Source: an uncultured Pseudomonadota bacterium
Lineage (GTDB): Bacteria; BMS3Abin14
Assembly (NCBI GenBank): GCA_964454175.1
Contig: CAYVSA010000004.1
Coordinates: 34,907 to 46,635 of the forward strand
Reading direction: 5' to 3'
Length of the DNA stretch: 11,729 nucleotides
Made by a program: the position numbers and the translations under genes. The notes below the pieces were generated by a model. It was given only the letters and a program-made list of their open reading frames with translations, did not search any database and was not told the DNA's origin. Positions 8,082 through 11,729 of this stretch are shown one piece after another. Numbering within the stretch: the stretch's first letter is position 1; each line of letters begins with the position of its first letter.

Positions 8082-9422
8082 TCAACTGCCGGATATGATC
8101 ACCTCATCAGCAAGAAGGGCGGGGACACCGATGGAACCGTAAAACTCCAGATCTTCCCCAACCCCGACTATATGTCTGAAGAGCTCGAAAATATTGCCGC
8201 TCACAGTGGCATTTCTGAATGGCGACGATGCGCCCTTGCCGTCAAAAATGAAGCCGACAGCGCCCAGGGAGAAGCTGCCCGACACCCTGTCTATGGTGTG
8301 GGCGCCCATGACCGATTCGACCTGCAGGTACTTTTCTGCAGGGGCAAGTTCTCCACCAGTCTTTGGGGCCGGCTGTAGAATGAGATTTGTAGCACCGGGG
8401 ACCGGATGCTGGGAAAGAGAGCCTCTGAACCCGTTGCCTGTGGGACTGATGCCGTCTTTAGCGGCCGTCTTGATAGTGTGCAGAAAGCCTTTTAAAACTC
8501 CACCTTCAACCAGGTTGCGCTGCTGGGGAGGGACCCTTTCATCGTCAAAGGGAACCGTTCCGACCCCACCCTTTAAAGTTCCGTCGTCAGTGAGGGTCAG
8601 CTTTTGAGAAAAAACCTCTTCGCCAGATCTGCCTGCAAGACGGGAACGGCCCTTCTGGACCTCCTCGGCCGACAGGGACGACAGCAGCGGTCTCAGCAGA
8701 TCGGCCACAACCCTGGGGGAGAAGATCACCGGGAAACTGCCGGACTCAGGCTGAATACCTCCCAGAAGGTCGGCAGCCATGTGCCCCGCCCTGTTTCCAA
8801 CGACCTGAGGGTCAAGGTCATCCAGCACTCTGGCAAGGGAATAGTCAAAACCCGTCTGGGAGATCCCATTCTCCTCTGCAACTGCCTCGACACTAATAGA
8901 GAAAAGTGTATCCTCAAAGGACCATACTTCGCCCCCCGAGGCTAAAACGGTAGTTCTGCAGGTCTCGCTGAAGGAGGGTTTGTGAGTCTTTCTGACTTTG
9001 CTGCTTGCCGCGTGTGCAGAAGACTCAAGCTCTCTAGCCAGGCCCAGCTTCTCATCGAAGGAACGCTCAAACCCGTCGAGGTCAAGGATCCCCTCTACAA
9101 GGACAGAACGCTCAGCAGTTGAATAACGGTTGCAGTCATCCGGGGTCAGGAGACGAGAACCGGAGATGGCGTCCTCTACCATGTTCCTTGATCTGTCCCC
9201 GGATGGGTCGGTGGAGAAGGCAAAGCCCGGTCTGCCGCCGACCGTAACCCTTAGAGCAGCTGCGGTTTCCCTGACGCGGCGGATCCCCTCAACACTGCCC
9301 TGCCTTACCTCGACCCTGGAATTATCAACAAAACGCACCAGGGCTTCAGCCTCGTCAGCGCCCGCTTTTATCGCCATTGACCTTAAACTGTCCGCCAGGC
9401 CCTCTATTTTATCTCTGCGCAA
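8082..9422 (-). CDS. pmbA: TldD/PmbA family protein, PmbA/TldE-like (non-catalytic type)
   Basis: 446 aa with GADEAEA, LTDDGTLKGGVGTVPFDDE, LVEGGVLKGFL, PTGNGFR, SGSFSLG and TVSGNIFELF. No HExxxH. TTG start with GAGGTG SD 5 nt upstream. Confidence 0.88.
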   Translation of the reverse strand: MRRDKIEGLADSLRSMAIKAGADEAEALVRFVDNSRVEVRQGSVEGIRRVRETAAALRVTVGGRPGFAFSTDPSGDRSRNMVEDAISGSRLLTPDDCNRYSTAERSVLVEGILDLDGFERSFDEKLGLARELESSAHAASSKVRKTHKPSFSETCRTTVLASGGEVWSFEDTLFSISVEAVAEENGISQTGFDYSLARVLDDLDPQVVGNRAGHMAADLLGGIQPESGSFPVIFSPRVVADLLRPLLSSLSAEEVQKGRSRLAGRSGEEVFSQKLTLTDDGTLKGGVGTVPFDDERVPPQQRNLVEGGVLKGFLHTIKTAAKDGISPTGNGFRGSLSQHPVPGATNLILQPAPKTGGELAPAEKYLQVESVMGAHTIDRVSGSFSLGAVGFIFDGKGASSPFRNATVSGNIFELFRHIVGVGEDLEFYGSIGVPALLADEVIISGS

Positions 9423-9466
9423 TAGTTCACCTCACAGGATCTACTGTAAACGTCCCTGCCGTAATG

Positions 9467-9940
9467 TCACTTCTCCATTTCGAGTAGAACCGCCTCCTCA
9501 TCACAATTGGGGAACTGGGGACATTTCAAACAGTCTGCCCATACCTTTTGCGGGAGCAGATCCTTAGACACCGGGCTGAAACCTAGCTGCTGGAAAAAGC
9601 CCGGCCTGTAGGTCAGGGCGTAAATCCTTGCTATACCAAGCTCAGCGGCTTCACGCAGACAGGCGCCCACCAGGCCCTTTCCGATGCCTCTTTTTCTCGC
9701 CTCCGGCATCACCGCAAGGGACCTGACCTCAGCCAGGTCGTCCCAGTTGATGTGCAGAGCGCCGCAGCCCAGGACAAGGCCTTCTTCTTCGGCCACGAAC
9801 AGATCCCTGATGCCCTCGTAAAGTTCGCTGCGTGATCTGGGCAGCATCTCCCCCTGGGAGGCATACTCATTAATTAACTGATGAATGGCCGGGATATCGC
9901 CCACCCTGGCCTTTCTTATGATAATACTACCCTTGTCCAA
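9467..9940 (-). CDS. GNAT N-acetyltransferase, short ArgA-like (putative N-acetylglutamate synthase)
   Basis: IRKA..DIPAIHQLINEYA..GEMLPRS, GCGALHINWDDLAEVRSLAV, acetyl-CoA motif RKRGIG, YALTY..FFQQLGF, LPQKVWADCLKCPQFPNCDE. Start reassigned to TTG at 9940 (GGAGG SD 6 nt upstream, 157 aa, 14-nt overlap with recN) instead of 10000. Confidence 0.88.
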   Translation of the reverse strand: MDKGSIIIRKARVGDIPAIHQLINEYASQGEMLPRSRSELYEGIRDLFVAEEEGLVLGCGALHINWDDLAEVRSLAVMPEARKRGIGKGLVGACLREAAELGIARIYALTYRPGFFQQLGFSPVSKDLLPQKVWADCLKCPQFPNCDEEAVLLEMEK

Positions 9941-11573
9941 TTGATTCCTCCAGAAGCTCCCGGGCCGAGTCCACAATACCCCGGGTCGGCTCCATTCCAC
10001 CCATCATCCTGGCCAGTTCCAGAACTCTCTCTTCGCCGGAAAGATACCTCGCCGTAACCGCTGTCCTGCCCTTTGCCTGCGACTTTTCAACATATACGTG
10101 ATGGTCTGCGCAGGCCGCTACCGAAGCGAGGTGCGTAATACAGAGCACCTGGTGATTGGCCGATATTTCCTTGAGCTTCCGGCCCAGGATCGCAGCCACC
10201 CGCCCGCCGATCCCGGCATCCACCTCATCGAATACCAGTGTCGGGACAAAATGACTTCCCGCCAGTATCCTCTTTATGGCGAGCATCACCCTGGAAAGCT
10301 CCCCCCCGGAGGCGATCTTTCTAAGGGGCATGAGAGGTTCTCCCGGGTTGGGCGAGATGAGGAACTCAACGCTGTCAATACCGTTCTCCTCCAGGTCCTT
10401 TTCCTCGAAATGAACCTGGAAACGAACTTTTTCCATGGCAAGATCACGCAGCTGGAGAAGTACTTTCTCCTCCATGCGAAGTGCCCTTTCCTTTCGGTTT
10501 TTCCTCAGTTCGGCTGTGAGTTCGCCCAGTTCGGCCTCCAGCTCATCTACCCTGTTCCTCACCGAATCGAGGTCAACTTCGCCGTCGCCAAGGCTTGCCA
10601 GATCCTGTTTCGAGGATTCCAGTGTTTCGAGAACATCCGGTACCGAAGGCCCGTACTTTTTCTTCATATCCCCGATGAATGCAAGTCTGTCGGCCACGTG
10701 GTTGAGGCGCTGCGGATCAGACTGTATCTTCCCGACGTAGTCCCTGAGGAGGTGTCCGGACTCATCAACCTGTGTCCTCGACTCCTGCAGGAGATCAACT
10801 ATCTCGGCCAACCTTGGATCAACCTCGACAAGGTCCCGAAGAGAATTAACGACCTGGCCCAGCTTTTCGGATAAAGAGCCTTCCGCCTGGTACACTGTTT
10901 CCAGGGCCTGGCCGGAAGCACTCAGGAGGGCCTGAGATGAGGACAGTATCCTCTCTTCGTCTTTTAACTCCTCTTCTTCCGTAACACTCAGCCCGGCAGA
11001 TCCAAGCTCGTTTACAACGAATTTCAGGTAATCTATCCTTGCGAGCCTCTCCTTCTCACCTTCCCTGGCCCGGTCTATCTTCCTCAGGCAGTCGGCCCGT
11101 TCCCTGAAAAGCCCACCGCACCTTTGGGCGAGCTTCGTCACCCCGGCGAATACATCCAGGACCTGAAGGTGCGTTCCAACCCTCAGGAGGGACTGATGCT
11201 CATGCTGTCCGTGAAGGTCCACGAGTGTGCCTGCGGAAGTTTTCAGCTGACTCACAGGGACAAGGGCACCATTTAAAAAAGCCCTGCTCCTCCCCTTCCG
11301 GGGTATCTCCCTCCTGACAACTTGCCCATCCTCACCGGCTGCTGCATGATCACCGCCAGCACCTGGGTCGAATGAAGCTTCTACCCTTGCTGACTCCCGT
11401 CCTGTCCTGACCACTGCGGCATCGGCCTTCTCCCCAAGAACAGTCTGGAGGGCATCCACGATGATGGACTTTCCGGCACCGGTCTCACCGGTGAGGACTG
11501 TCAACCCCTCATGGAAGGGCAGCGACAGTTCATCGATCAGTGCAAAATTCTTTATATTCAGATATTCAAGCAT
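9927..11573 (-). CDS. recN: DNA repair protein RecN
   Basis: MLEYLNIKNFALID, Walker A LTGETGAGKS, Q-loop LHGQHEHQ, long coiled coil, signature ASGGELSR, Walker B LVFDEVDAGIGG, QVLCITH. ATG at 11573 (GGGA 6 nt upstream) preferred over the adjacent TTG at 11576. Confidence 0.97.
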   Translation of the reverse strand: MLEYLNIKNFALIDELSLPFHEGLTVLTGETGAGKSIIVDALQTVLGEKADAAVVRTGRESARVEASFDPGAGGDHAAAGEDGQVVRREIPRKGRSRAFLNGALVPVSQLKTSAGTLVDLHGQHEHQSLLRVGTHLQVLDVFAGVTKLAQRCGGLFRERADCLRKIDRAREGEKERLARIDYLKFVVNELGSAGLSVTEEEELKDEERILSSSQALLSASGQALETVYQAEGSLSEKLGQVVNSLRDLVEVDPRLAEIVDLLQESRTQVDESGHLLRDYVGKIQSDPQRLNHVADRLAFIGDMKKKYGPSVPDVLETLESSKQDLASLGDGEVDLDSVRNRVDELEAELGELTAELRKNRKERALRMEEKVLLQLRDLAMEKVRFQVHFEEKDLEENGIDSVEFLISPNPGEPLMPLRKIASGGELSRVMLAIKRILAGSHFVPTLVFDEVDAGIGGRVAAILGRKLKEISANHQVLCITHLASVAACADHHVYVEKSQAKGRTAVTARYLSGEERVLELARMMGGMEPTRGIVDSARELLEESIGQG

Positions 11574-11729
11574 CAATTATCCCATTCGATAAGTCGAACT
11601 ATTTTAGCGTTGGACGTTGGACATTGGGCGTTGGACACGCTCTCCCTTTATCTATGCCCCCGGTTATGTTCACGTATTCAAGCATCAATTATCCCATTCG
11701 ATAAGTCGAACTATTTTAGCGTTGGACGT
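11552..11729. repeat. Direct duplication (112-bp offset) of the recN start region
   Basis: 11563-11617 is identical to 11675-11729 (55/55 nt). Extended alignment 11552-11617 vs 11664-11729 is 63/66. The second copy is cut by the window edge. Confidence 0.97.
11608..11635. repeat. Heptamer tandem repeat, 4 units
   Basis: CGTTGGA CGTTGGA CATTGGG CGTTGGA; the array restarts at 11720 in the second copy of the duplication. Confidence 0.9.

Noticed and set aside
9941..10000. 20-aa N-terminal extension of the GNAT protein
   Set aside because: Would overlap recN by 74 nt; the TTG at 9940 has a well-spaced GGAGG.
10110..10150. RecN H-loop reads THLASVAA rather than the common THLPQVAA
   Set aside because: The His and all other ATPase motifs are intact; ordinary divergence, not evidence of a pseudogene.
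185..10874. Many plus-strand ORFs of 60-258 aa (e.g. 185-673, 301-948, 1032-1772, 3450-4187, 10098-10874)
   Set aside because: All lie antisense to well-supported minus-strand genes and show no recognisable motifs; typical shadow ORFs.
11563..11729. Direct repeat considered as a CRISPR array
   Set aside because: The repeat is at least 55 nt, includes the recN start codon, has only two visible copies, and no cas genes are present.
11685..11729. Frame ending TSNAKIVRLIEWDN-stop as the C-terminus of an upstream gene such as NAD kinase
   Set aside because: Only 14 codons are visible, they run into heptamer repeats, and similarity is too weak to call.

Overview
Bacterial housekeeping region of moderately high GC; gene order and protein style suggest a Desulfobacterota/deltaproteobacteria-like organism (inference). 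All credible genes lie on the minus strand, in transcription order: recN, short ArgA-like GNAT acetyltransferase, PmbA/TldE-type protein, M23 metallopeptidase (followed by a strong intrinsic terminator), secA, cytoplasmic REC-GAF-HisKA-HATPase histidine kinase, argJ, S2-leader RNA and rpsB (runs off the left edge and is missing from the ORF track). The plus-strand ORFs are antisense shadows. I see no CRISPR array, transposase, integrase, tRNA/rRNA or clearly complete new system. The most unusual structures are: a 112-bp-offset duplication of the recN translation-start region with an embedded 7-bp tandem array at the right edge; an orphan kinase tightly coupled between secA and argJ; a nested 15/45-bp repeat encoding an acidic S2 tail; and a structured 367-bp region upstream of secA.
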